Positions 38,952-51,399 of a stretch of DNA of 64,000 nt are shown in pieces. The notes below the pieces were generated by a model. The model was not told the origin of the DNA and did not search any database. It was given only the letters and a program-made list of their open reading frames with translations. Every line of letters starts with the position of its first letter. The stretch's first letter is position 1. This DNA comes from Octopus vulgaris (lineage: Eukaryota). The stretch covers positions 38,440,001-38,504,000 of the forward strand of contig OX597823.1 of the NCBI GenBank assembly GCA_951406725.2. The letters run 5' to 3'. The translations under genes and the position numbers were made by a program.

Positions 38952-39690
38952 GGTGAAAAGAAATATGGTGAGAAAAGGGTTAAGAGAACAGTATCTCTGA
39001 ATATGGTCTGGTTCAACTGTGACTACTCTTCCAATCCGTGCCTTTGAAAGTGGATGTAAAATGATAACGATGACAACAACAATGATGATGATGATGATGA
39101 TGTAATTTTATTTTAACTATACAGAAATTTTGCATGTAACATTTACATTTTAAAGAAATATTATTATTACTGCTCTTACCTCATATATACTCTCTGACCA
39201 ACCAATCAATAAAATAACAAACTGTGGTCTATATATTAAAATTTCTAATCAATAAAGATGTTAAAAATAATTGTGGTGAAACACCCAAGCACACCACTTA
39301 TTGTTGATATGGGAATCATTAAAAATAGTAATAAAAGAGTTGCACCAGACTTTAATTGTTTTTCAAAAATTGCTGGCAAGATTAAGAAAACCAAAGAGAG
39401 AAAAAAAAATGAAGTTTTATTCATTATACAGCAATGATATATTTGATAAATACTGTTTTTTGTATAAAAATATCTCCATTGACTAATGATTTACAGAACT
39501 AAAACTTAAAATAGTTAATGCTACAAACTATTTTGAATGGCCCTAATACTTATGTTTTACCTTGTATTTTTGTGCAAGACAACATTCTATTGATAGGCTC
39601 ATACAGTTTAGCTCTTCCTTTATAAGACATATGGAAGTGGTATTGAAGTGCATATTACCAAAGCAGATAGAATCTTTAGAAGGCTATATA

Positions 39691-40829
39691 CAGTACTGTG
39701 CAAGATTCTTCAGGCACTTTAAACTATTGTAAATTTCTACTAAATACCAACATGTAAGTGGATGTTTTGCATTGCATTTTTTACAGATGAAACATTGGCT
39801 CTGTTGGAGTCATTTCCATACCTAATCATTATATTTTGTAGTAGAAGTTCTGAATAAGAGGGGATGATGCAAGACATAAACAAATGCACCTCACATAAAC
39901 AAATCAAGATACAGTGTTTTAAAGTGTTTTAAAGCAGAAAAATGTTTATAATGGAAATTTATCACATAAATTCAGTTGCAGAAGGACAATTTGATATCAG
40001 ACTTAGATGAAGGTGAGATTTTTCAGCATGATGGAGCTCCATGTCACAGATCACATGCAACACAACAGAATCTGGCTGACGAAGGTGTAACTGCATTGAA
40101 AGATTTGCCAGCTCAGAGCCCTGACTTGAATATCATTGAGAAAATGTGGACAGAACTAAAGAGGAGTTCGTCAGAAGAATCCACACAATTTTGAAGAGTT
40201 GTGGAAGCTTGGGTACAGACAAGAAGTTAGTGTACATTGTTAATATTTCATGTGGCTTCCTTTAGCTTGAATAATTGCTTCATTGCACCTGGGAAGAGAT
40301 GCATACAAATCCTTCACCAATTTCACAGGTATGAGATGCCGTTGTCTGTAGCCGAGCTTCCAAAACTCTTCAAGATTGTGCAGATTCTTCTGACAAACTC
40401 TTCTCTTTAGTTCTGTCTATATTTGTTTGGTGATATTCAAGTCAGGGCTCTAAGCTGGCCAGTCTTTCAATATGGTAACACCTTCATCAGCCAGACTGTT
40501 GTGTTGCATGCGATCTGTGGCATGGATCTCTGTCATGCTGAAAAATCTCACCTTTTGTACAGTAACTTCTTGAAATGAACATTGTGTAATAAATTTTCAT
40601 TATAGACGTTTTTCTCTTTTAAAATACTGTATCTTGATGTGTTTATGTGAGGTGGTAGAAACTTTTGCACAGCTATTTTTTGTGGTCGTCTCACATTTTC
40701 CCCTCTCATTCAGAACCCCTACTACAAAATATAATGATTAGGTATGAAAATGACTCCAACAGGGCCAATGTTTCAATTAGTAGAAATTTACAATAGTTTA
40801 AAGTAGCCAAAGACTTTTGCATGGTACTG
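39691..40829. mobile_element. Palindromic (fold-back) Tc1-like element with D35E catalytic fragment in both arms
   Basis: Termini TA-CAGTACTGTGCAAGA and TTTTGCATGGTACTG. Arms 39691-40221 and 40341-40829 are reverse-complementary. The left arm encodes FQHDGAPCH..PAQSPDLNIIEKMW. Confidence 0.85.
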
Positions 40830-41353
40830 CACTTACAATCAGAACAATAACATTTCTACTGAATTCAAATCTAAGTTTGAACTCATTGAACATACCCCTC
40901 CTTTAGAGAACTTCCAAAAATTGTTTTCTATGAAATGTTATATGACAGAGTGCAACAGATCTGTGATGAGTGAAGTGGAATGTATTGTTGAATATGTTGG
41001 ATTTGTCATGTTAGCATCTGAGTGATACTGAACTTAAAGGAATTCGAAAAGTAAATGAGCAACAGAAGTGAGGTTGAGAACTAGCAGCTGTAGTTTTGAC
41101 ATATCAGTGAAATAGAATATATATAAGCTGCAGGAAAAGTGATGGACATTGACGGTGTGAGGGTCTCATGAAAAAGACAGATTTCAGTAAATTTAGGAAG
41201 AAGTACATAAAATAGATATGGAAAACATTATTATGGAATAACAGATGTAAAATTAAAATTTGTGAAAACATGCTTGAATCCTCCTGATTCCATCAGTGTG
41301 GGAATAATAAAGAGATTTTAAAAAATTGATTTTATATATATGCGTAAATATTT

Positions 41354-41545
41354 CATCATTACCATTTAACATCTGTTTTCCATGCTGCATGGGCTGGACA
41401 GTTTGACGGGAGCCGGCAAGCTGGAGAGCTGCACCAGGCTCCAATTTCTACACATGAATGCCCTTCCTAATGCCAACCGCTTAGAGTGTACTGGGTGCTT
41501 TTTATGTGGCACCAGCACCTGTGGGGTCACCAAGTAGCTTGCAAG
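41354..41545 (-). mobile_element. SINE-like repeat, (TGA)n-tail family
   Basis: Reverse complement of the 5255-5475 family motifs. Confidence 0.75.
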
Positions 41546-41999
41546 ACAAAGACTTCTCAGCTGAGGGAAGGAGTGACTGTGTAGCAGGCAAAAGATTTGA
41601 GTGTGACAATGGATGAGAGATAGTTGTCTTACTAATGGGAGATACTTGGCTATCTCAGTTGGATTAGAAAAGCAGGGAAGGTTGGAAAGATTTGGAGAGA
41701 AAGATAGAGACTGAAGACCTATCCACAGGGAACAGTGAGGGGGAATGTATGTTGTAGGATGGAGGGGAGGAGGATGTTCCATAAGAGTGTGAGAGAAGAT
41801 GTTTAGAGATAGCAAGTGATGGTGAGAGGAATTGAAATAGCTGGGAAGTGGGGTATTGTAGATATGTAAGGGCATGGAGAGTGTGCAATAGGCATGTGAG
41901 GGAGAGTGGAGGGGCTTGCAGCAGGTGGTGGAGTGACAGGAAGATAGGTTGTTAGAGAGTATATGTATGGGGGGCAGGGGGATGACCATAAGTGACATG

Positions 42000-42840
42000 C
42001 CTGTATGTATGGATGGCCACAATTTTACTTACCTTGATGTATCTTCTCAAGTGCAGCGTATTGCCAGAAGTCTCAGTTCCTTGTCATCTCCACTGTACAT
42101 CATTTCTTACCACTTTGTTCCACATGTATCTTCTCAAGTGCAGCAAATTGCCAGAAGTCTCAGTTCCTTGTCATCTCCTCTGAAGATCATTTCTCACCAC
42201 TTTGTCCCACATTTTCCTTGGGCTGTCCCTTCCATAGGTTCTCTCCAAAATTAGAGATTGGCATATCTTTATGTAGCTGTCCTCATCCATATGCATCACA
42301 TGACCATACTAGTGCAGTCTTCTCTTTTGCATATTATATTTGATGCCTTTTATACCCAATATTTCTCTTATATCATTTACACTCTGACATTACCCATTCA
42401 GTGGAACATGCTGGTTTCATTTCTTTCAAACCTTCACTTGTTCTCTGTAGTCACAGCTGTGTTTCACTGCCATGTAGCATAGTTGTTCATATACAGACAT
42501 CATACAATCTGCCTTTCACTCTGAGGGAGAGGCCCTTTGTTACCAACAAAGATAGTAGTTCTCTGAACTTTGCCTGGCCCATTCTTATTCTAGCAGCTAT
42601 ACTTTCACTGCTAACTTGGGTGTCTAGGTAACGGAAGCTATTTACCTCCACTGCCAACTTGGTCACCCAGGTAATGGAAACTATCTACTTCTAAGAATAC
42701 CCCCAGACATTTGAGAAAATCTATTTCATGTACATTCTTAGTGTTTATTGTGCCTACCACCAACAACTTTTCTACATACCAAGCAGAGCCATCTCCCTAA
42801 AGAGATTAGTGATTTGTCTGTTTTCCTACTTACTAGGATA
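42000..42840 (-). mobile_element. Decayed RTE-like LINE 3' region with an 87-bp tandem duplication (42037-42210)
   Basis: Minus strand reads RRLH*YGHVMHMDEDSYIK and VNSFRYLDTQVS (RT thumb region). Confidence 0.65.
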
Positions 42841-44999
42841 GCAATTTGCATATTCTTGTTTGAATCTGTTGGAATGTATTAAGAATAAATGTATTTCTCT
42901 TTGTTTTGATTCTCACTTTCTGTATGCACATGGTAATTTATTAGAGTTAAATGTTTCCTCTTAAAATAATTATTGAAGTGGAAACATCACTTGACTTAGA
43001 TTAACAAACTGAAGATTCTTGAGAATATGGGATGCAAATCAACTGAGAAAGTGACTGGAGTTGAAAGGCTTTAAGAAATATGTGCTGAAAATTCAGCTGT
43101 ATTAATATAGAGAATATGCAATGCAAATGACATTAGCTAAATATGGGTATGTGCTGATTTTGGAAAGTAGTTTCAGAAAGATGAAGGAAAACATGGATAC
43201 TGGCCCTCACAAGCCTAATGAAATGGCAATATATCATATTAAAAACATAGTCAACATATACTGGCAGAGAAAACACAATGGTGATAAATTTTAATATCAG
43301 ATTTTGTGAAGGCTAGGCTGAATGTTAAACTTATTATTATAAACTTATGTTTATAAAATTTTTGAATCTAAAGTTGAATTAGCTCATTTCAAAATTTTTA
43401 GATATTGGCAGGTTTAAAATTTTTTTGTGTATTGAATGATAGGCCATAAAATTCCCTGCATGTAGTACTTTAAGAAGAATTTCTGATAGATATGGTAGCT
43501 CATTGTGACATTAGTTCTTTGATAGTGAAAGCAAGTATTTAAAGGATATCTGTTGTATATAAATACAATACATATTTTAGTTTTCTTATACTGATTATTG
43601 CATATTAAAAATTTTTGCAAAGTAAACAATTCTTCAACTGGCATGTTTTGAATTTGCCAATAATAAAAATAATAATTTTTTATATAAATATGTGGACAAA
43701 TGTATGGATGTGTGGTTATGAAGTTTGTTTTGCAACCACATGGTTTTGGATTCATTCCACTGCAGAGGACATTGGTATACACCACCTGTCATAGTTTAGA
43801 TTGACCGAATCATATGAGTGAAATCTGGTAGATGGAACTGTGTAGAATAGAATGGTGTGTGTGTGTGTGTGTGTGTGTGTGTGCATGCATGTGTATACAT
43901 ATATATATATATATATACAGGAGATGGCAAAATCAGTAGAATGTCAAGCAGATATACTTTCTGTTATTTAGTTACGGCCTCAGTATTCCTGTTGAATAAT
44001 AATTCCATTTTTCCTTTCGTCTTCTCAAGGACCATAAAATAAGTATCAAAATACTTGGTCAATATAATTGATCCAAAGTTTTGAAGGTGATGCCCCAGCA
44101 TGGCCACAATTCAGTGGCTGAATCTAGTAAGTTTGGGTTTAAAGTTGGAGGAGAGAAAATTGAAAGTTTTAATTCATAGACAGTATGATACCAGCTTTAG
44201 AACCATAACACATAGTTGGTGAGTTTGGTATTTCGATAATTTCTTTTGATTGGATACAAAAGTAATTTTGTAGAGAAAGCAATATATTTCATCGAAACAA
44301 GAGAAACGAAATTGAAACCATAAGTAATCCAATTAAGCTTCTAACTTTATTCTTACTGTTCTCATGGATTAACTTAGCCTCTCTGAAATTGGAAAACACA
44401 AGACATATTTGCATGCTAAAACCTTGTATTCACTCATTGAAACTTAGCTCTGTATATTTGTGGTTGGGATGTTGAAAATATAACCCTTGAGCATTTAAAC
44501 CATCCATATCTGGCGAATATGTCCTACTTGTTTTATGCTCAGACTGACCAGATCCAACTTCTCGCATCTACACTACAATATAATTCTAAAATTATACAAT
44601 CAGATTATCAGTTTCAAAGCTATGAGATAATGTGTGATTAATTCAAAACAATGTGAATCTGAATGCTAAAGTGTTAAAATGGTTTAATAGTTTCTTATTG
44701 CTATATCTCACTCTAAACTAACATTAAACATGTTACTAAGCTCACATTGTGTAAAATTTATACTTTAATATGGAACACAAGAAAATTTTAAACTGTTTTA
44801 CTTCAGTTTACTTTTGTACACTCAAAATATTTGGGCTTTACGAAATGTACAAGTTAGAGAAGTTGATTCTTCAATTTCAAAATCCATTTTATATGCATTG
44901 AATTTTACCTTTTTTGATTATAGAATACAGGAACATATTGTCAGTTTTTGTATATAATATTTAATATATACTAGAAGTTATAGTGGAAGTGAGTTGATG

Positions 45000-45750
45000 T
45001 GCACTGTGTACAAGTAGTAAGTAGGGAGCTTCAGCCAGATTCCTCACAAACAAGGAACAAATTCTGGGTAGGCAACACTGCTGAAGTTTGTGAAGCAGGC
45101 AGATTGTTAACCAAGAACTGGATAGACAAAGTAATTGAAATAGTCAGAATATAATGACAGAATAAATAAGGTTAGATTAATCATAGACATCACCACAGCA
45201 AAAATGATCTCTGCTTATGCAGCATAATTTGGATTGATTGATGAACAAAAAGATTATTTTTATAAGGGTCTTTTGCAGAATATAGATAGCAGTGACCTTG
45301 TTATTTTGGCTGATGACTTTAATACATTAAGATGACTATTCTGATGTGCAAGAAAGCTAAGGTTATGAATGGAATGAAGAAGAATAAATTGACTTAACTG
45401 TTTGCAACATTAACTTTAGGAAACTGGCAGCTACATGTTTACCTACCATACAGGCAGTGGTACAGACTTCGTACTCAATGGGAAATAGGCTAGATAGATG
45501 GTTGGTGAATACTAAGACTTTCTCCAGTGAAGAATGTACCACTCAGCATAGACTAGAGATTAGTGACATCAGGGTAAGAAATCAATGGACCAAGAGACAC
45601 AAAACAACCTGGAGAATGAAGGAAGCTGAAAAATCACTCAGCCAGACATAAGTTCAAAACAACACACTAGACGATACTTATGTCAAGAGACAGGAGACAA
45701 AGATCTATAACTCAGAAGACAGTTGCAAGTTTCTATGACACAAGCTGTTG
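45000..45750 (+). mobile_element. Decayed RTE-like endonuclease fragment
   Basis: Remnants ISAYAA, LVILADDFN and TFSSEECTTQHRLEISD match APE-domain motifs of RTE elements; heavily disrupted. Confidence 0.5.
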
Positions 45751-46737
45751 TGGGTCACAGACTATAATCTTACAACCAGTCTTATAATGGTTTTAAGGGG
45801 TTAAAATGGTTATATTAAAACAATTAAGAATGTAAAATTGTGTATTTATTAGATATTCCTGATTAAATTAACAAGCCACAATTTGCTGCATTATTTTGAT
45901 ATTTATTGATTACAATGCAGTGTTTCTACAATTGACTCTCTTTTCTAATACTTACATATTTACATCATTGGCAAAGAGCCTAGGAATGGTCATATTTGCT
46001 GTGTTACTTTCAAACATTCACAAAATATTGAGTTTGTTTACTTAGAGTTTTAGCTGTGTTTATAATGTTCATGTCTGTATAGGTTCGTATGTGTGTGTAT
46101 ATGCTTATATGTTTACGTGTAGATGTGTGCACGTTAATGTAAAGGTACATGACCTTGTAAGCAAGGCCATTTGTTTCACATTTCTACCGAGCTGAAAAGG
46201 AGTATATCAACCAAGTGCTGTTACAGCCCTCTCTCCTTCCAGCTACATCCTCAATGTTTTATTAATTAGAGGGTGTCAGCTTGCAACTACGTAGACACTT
46301 ATGACAACTAGCAAAAGTGTGGTACAAACTACAGGAGGTCATCCTTGTTTGCAAATAACCAAGTATGTGGATGAATGTTCACTTTCCTTGGCTTCACTTG
46401 TCACGGTCTGTATGATATTATGACTTGTCACTATACTTTCAAAGACCAGTGGAATAAAGAATCATTTCTCAAAAAACAAGTTGGCAACAGGGAAAGTATT
46501 CAGCTGCTGTAAATTCGTGCCTCAGGATAGGTCTCTATCCAAACAGTCAAGAAGTTCACTTTGCAGTCATGAGGTCCTGGATTTATCCCACTGTTTGGAA
46601 ACTTGGGCAAATGAGATTTTCTATAGCTTTGTATTGACTCATACTTTATGAATAAAGTTGAGTATGTGAAAATTGTATAGAAACCTATCTAGTGGATTGT
46701 ATCTGTAATTTAAATAGTACAACCTTGTCATGTGCAT

Positions 46738-46771
<34 letters not shown>

Positions 46772-47149
46772 TGATTCACTCTGAGAATTAAGTCAGTGAT
46801 ATATGGGTCTGGGTTACTCAGTCTCTTACATGTTATTTCAATGAGCGGGTAGTTTACTTGATTGAATAACTGGACCCGCATCATCAAACTGATGGAGAAT
46901 AATCTGTGTGTGTGTGTGTGTGTGGATCTATCCGTCTGTCTGTCTATCTATCTATCTGCCTGCCTGCCTGCATGTGTGTGTATATATCTTAGGTCCTGGT
47001 AGGGTATTTCCAGAGGAGCATTCGACCCAAGCTCTTGGCTATCAGCACTGTTGGATTCCAGACTAATACTGAAATTCTTCAAGTGTAGAAACTCCTGGTT
47101 TCATGGTGGTAAAACAATTGTGTGTGTGGCGAAGAGTAAATTATAATCC

Positions 47150-47565
47150 AAATAATAAGACCAAGAAATCCTTTAATGATTTGTTACAATTGTTTCTGTA
47201 TCAACTCTGCTTGCAATGCCAGAACACACAAAAATTCAAAGTGAAAATTTTCATAATGTTTGCAGTTTTAGACATTAGAGTGGCACTTCATCAGACTTGC
47301 ATCAAAGGTGCACCCTCACATTGGCATAGCTTCTGTTGCCTAAGTGGCCAAGTTAGCAGTGGAGAAGGAAACTCTGAAACACAATGTGTGGGTGCACCTT
47401 CGATGCAAGTCTGATGAAGTGCAACTTTAATGTCTAAAACTGCAAACATTATATAAATTTTCACTTCGAGTTCTTGCATAAACTGGTGTTCTAAGCAGAG
47501 CTGGTACAGAAACATTTGTAACAAATCATTAAAGATGTGTTTAAAGATTTCTTTGTCTTATTATT
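47150..47565. repeat. Inverted repeat, ~175-185-bp arms with ~57-bp spacer
   Basis: 47150-47323 is the reverse complement of 47381-47565. The ORF track shows near-identical peptides on opposite strands. Confidence 0.9.
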
Positions 47566-49304
47566 TGAACTACCAACTACTAGTTGAAGGTGTCACTGCT
47601 CACAGTTTGTCATTAGTGCTATAAACACCATGGCATAGTTATTTGATTCTCAACCACAGGGCCAGTACCAGTATATTCAGTGCCTTAGGCCTGCCCTAGA
47701 ATGTATTCCCCCTAATAGTATGTGTACTCTTTCAATGCACTCTAGTTCTGTAGTGTATTCTCCTTCTCCCAGTTCTACAATGTGTCCTCCTTTCTTCCAC
47801 CCCTATAATTTTTTCCCACTTCTCCACATCTTGCAATATTTATACCCTTTAACTAGTTTTTTTAACAAAGTCTTCATTCAGATCTTTTCCATCTCAAGCA
47901 CAGATTTTTTAATTACCTTTTTTTAACTAAAGACTTTGAAATTTTTGAAACTGGTTGAATGTGTCATGCAGAACCGGGTTTACTCTTTATGTTTTAGAAG
48001 TTATTTCGTATTAAAGCTGTTGTATTTGGGTAATTTTAACCAATCAATGATGTGTACTCAGCTGAAGAAAGTTACTGCTGCTGTTTGCGAAGAACAACTT
48101 CCGGCTCATTATTTTTATCAAATTATTACTGAGACAGACCAACGACAGAGCCTGTATGTGGTTGCATGACCTGCTAGAAAAAGTAGCCAAATCTTTTTCT
48201 ATTCAGAATAGAAAAAAACCTCTGACACATTCAACCAGTATCCAAAGTTTCAAACTGTTTAGTTAAAAAAAGTTAATTAAAACGTCTGTGACTGAGATTG
48301 ACAAGATCCGTGAAACTACCCTCATGCAACACTGGATATTAACCATAATATGTACTAAGTTCCCATAACATTTTCTATTTCTTTCATTTGAAAATCTGAA
48401 TAAATTACACTAGTCAAGGGAATCACAATATTTGGAATATGGATACTTGCTATCTTTTATTCTTTCAACTTTTCTTTAACTTTAGCTGCTTCATCATTCA
48501 GTGGAGAATATTGTTTTAACCACAGGATAACTCTGATTGCAATAGATCTGTTAGAAAAGGCGTTCCAGCCATGACCATTTTGTCTTGTTCTGTTCTAGAA
48601 GTAATGAATTCCTAAGTGAACATTATAAAATAATATGAACTTGCTTTATTTTTTTCTTGAAGACAGAAATTTCACTTTCCTTTTTGTCAGTAAGATTTGG
48701 TTGCTCTTTCTAGCAACTCGAGCAACCAAATAAAGGCTTTCTTGTTGCCTCATCTTGTTCCCTTCATCCCTTGTTGTTTAGTCCTGAGTTGGATCTGATT
48801 GAACAGATATGATCAAAGACATCCCAACTTTGACCATTCCGTCTTTCTTCCCAGACATAGTGGACTTTATGTGTCTATCACAGGATAGAGGTTTTTCTAT
48901 TCTGTATATAAAAAAGTTTGGCTACTTTTTCTAGCAGGTCATGCAATCACATACAGGTTCTGTTGTTGGTCTGTATCAGTAATAATTTTGTTGTTATTTA
49001 GCCTCAAATCAACCCTAATACAGCAAATCTATCATCAAAGACATTCCAGCCTTCAGCAAACCATCTTTTTAGGGATATTCTAGGACATTACATACAATGG
49101 GCATGTGATTTAGAAAGGGGGATACATTGGTTGCTACTTTTAGCGTGTTGAGTGACCATGTAGAGGCTCTTTCATTGGTTCAATTACATAATAAGATTTT
49201 TTTACACATATATGTATATATATATATATCATTAGCAGAAGTTAAAGAGTAAGTCAAAAGCTGAGAGTTTCATGTATTGGCACTTATCAAACAACTGTAA
49301 AGCT

Positions 49305-50510
49305 CATAGGATAGACCATCCAAACCTGGTGATTTGTCCCTCAAGTATTCTGCTATCACGTCCTGCACTTCTGCTGTCATGATGGCACCTTCACAGCACT
49401 CTGCCTCTCTTGTCAAGAGTCATGGCAGGCTGCACAGGTAGGCACTGAAGTCCACCCTGTGTTCTCGCTTGCCACTCATCCTGAACAGCCGGGCAAAATG
49501 CTTTTGAAAGGCCTCACACATTTTACTTGGCTCAAGTAATTTGTGCCCCTGTTCTTCTACCAGAGACCGAACGGTGGCTTTGTTTCCCTGTTGCACCTCT
49601 GCCACCCGGGCCTCTTGTGTGGCTCCAATTCCTTCATTCCTTAGAGCATGCATCCTAGTCCTGACAACACACCCTTTGTGTTTGGTGTTGAAGTGTTGGT
49701 TGAGGGTCAACCTTGCCATCAAAACGTCGGATGCGATGCCACTTCTAATCACCTCTTCTAGCTTCTTAACTAGGTCACCCTCTTCTCTGTTTCTATCTAT
49801 AGCTAGTGCTTCACTATACCTAATCACTTCTACTTTTATTGCTCTCTTGAGGGCAAACCACCATTTGTTGTTGATGATGGCTCCCATCAAAGCCCTCTTT
49901 ACTAGCGTGCTAATCTGGTCTCTGAAAACCTGTCTTGATGGGAAAGACGCGTTTAGTTTCCAGTAACCAGGACCCTGCCTATGTGTCTTATCTAAGTCTA
50001 GCGTACACATCACAAGTTTGTGATCTGTGTAGCTGACTATGTGGAATTGTGGACACTCTACTCTATTTCTATCTACTGTCCTACACAGTATCCTATCTAG
50101 ATATGATCTTGTCGACCCAATGTTGCTCCATGTCCACATTGGCGCATTCGGGTGGTCGAGTCGGTACCTGTCAGACAGTTGAAAGTATCTGAGCAGGTCT
50201 CTGAAGCATTTGCATCCCTGTCTATTCCTATCTCTGCCCACATAGTCTAGATGCGTGTCCAAGGTAGCATTCCAATCCCCCACCAGGAGTAAAGGACGAG
50301 ATGTTCCTAGGAATACTTCTAGACGTCGAAAGAAATCCAGCTGACCTGTTAAAGGCAGTATGTAGACTGATATGAGTCAAAAAGTGCACCCATTGCTGTC
50401 GTCGACATCCAAGACAACCAGTTTACCCTCCGGGTCTACGAATATTGTCTTTATTTTGAGATCCAGACCCTTCCGAAAAAGTACCACCATGCCACTACCG
50501 CCCATTCTCA
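49305..50510 (-). mobile_element. L1/Tx1-clade LINE ORF2 fragment (endonuclease and linker)
   Basis: ORF 49420-50283 has GDWNATLD, SYLDRI, YTDHKLV and GPGYWKLN, typical of L1/Tx1 APE domains. Truncated before the RT. Confidence 0.85.
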
Positions 50511-51399
50511 GAATATAAAGAGCCAGAACAAATACAGCAAGGAATTTATTCTGATAATAAAGTATAATAATAATAAAAATTAGTCCTCTGTTGAAATGTT
50601 TAGGATGCAGTTTCAGAAATAGATGGATTCTTGATATCTAAATGAACACATGTGATGTTTGTGTAAGGCTTTTTATAAAACAATTGAAAACCATAGAATG
50701 AGCATTAGCAATGAAGAGGAAAAAAAATGATCCTAAATTGATTGATAAATAATTCAATTTCCTTTGAAGCAAATATCACTAACCATAACAATAGGGAAAT
50801 GTTTCTAGAACAGAAATTAAAATGTTTGTTAAGAAATAAGTAGTCATGTTTTTCATAGGAAATATTTCCACTTTGTTTGTAGACAATTGTCATGGTTATC
50901 TATTTGTTCATTTTATTTTCATTGATTTGATGGGTTACCAGTTGTGAAGACTAACATTTTAAGATATCATTCTTACCTCATATAGATGTCCATCATCATC
51001 ATCCTCATTTTAGTGTCCATTTTTCTTTCCTTGCATGGGTATGATAAATTCATTGGTTGGATGCCCTTTCTGTAACCAACCCTCACCTGTTTCCAAGTAA
51101 TATAATGTTTTCCCATGGCCAGACATGTTTTACTAAACCAAGCAGTTTCTATGCTTGTTTACAACCATTACTGATATCAAGACAAAGGTGCGTGCACAGA
51201 CATACTCTGTCTCTCTCTCTCTCTCTCTCTCTCATGCGCATGTAATGAGCTTCTTTCAGTTCCATACTATCAAATCTTCTCACAAGTGTGTCAGTGTAGT
51301 AGAAGACACCTGCCCAACATACAACACAGTGGGACTAAACCTGAAAATATATGCTCAGGAAGCATACCTGTACCTATTTATGTAAAAAGCATAATTTCT

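Noticed and set aside
47405-47450. CTGATGA in the 47-kb palindrome as a hammerhead core
   Set aside because: Both arms have CTAAAAC rather than GAAAC, and there is no credible stem II.
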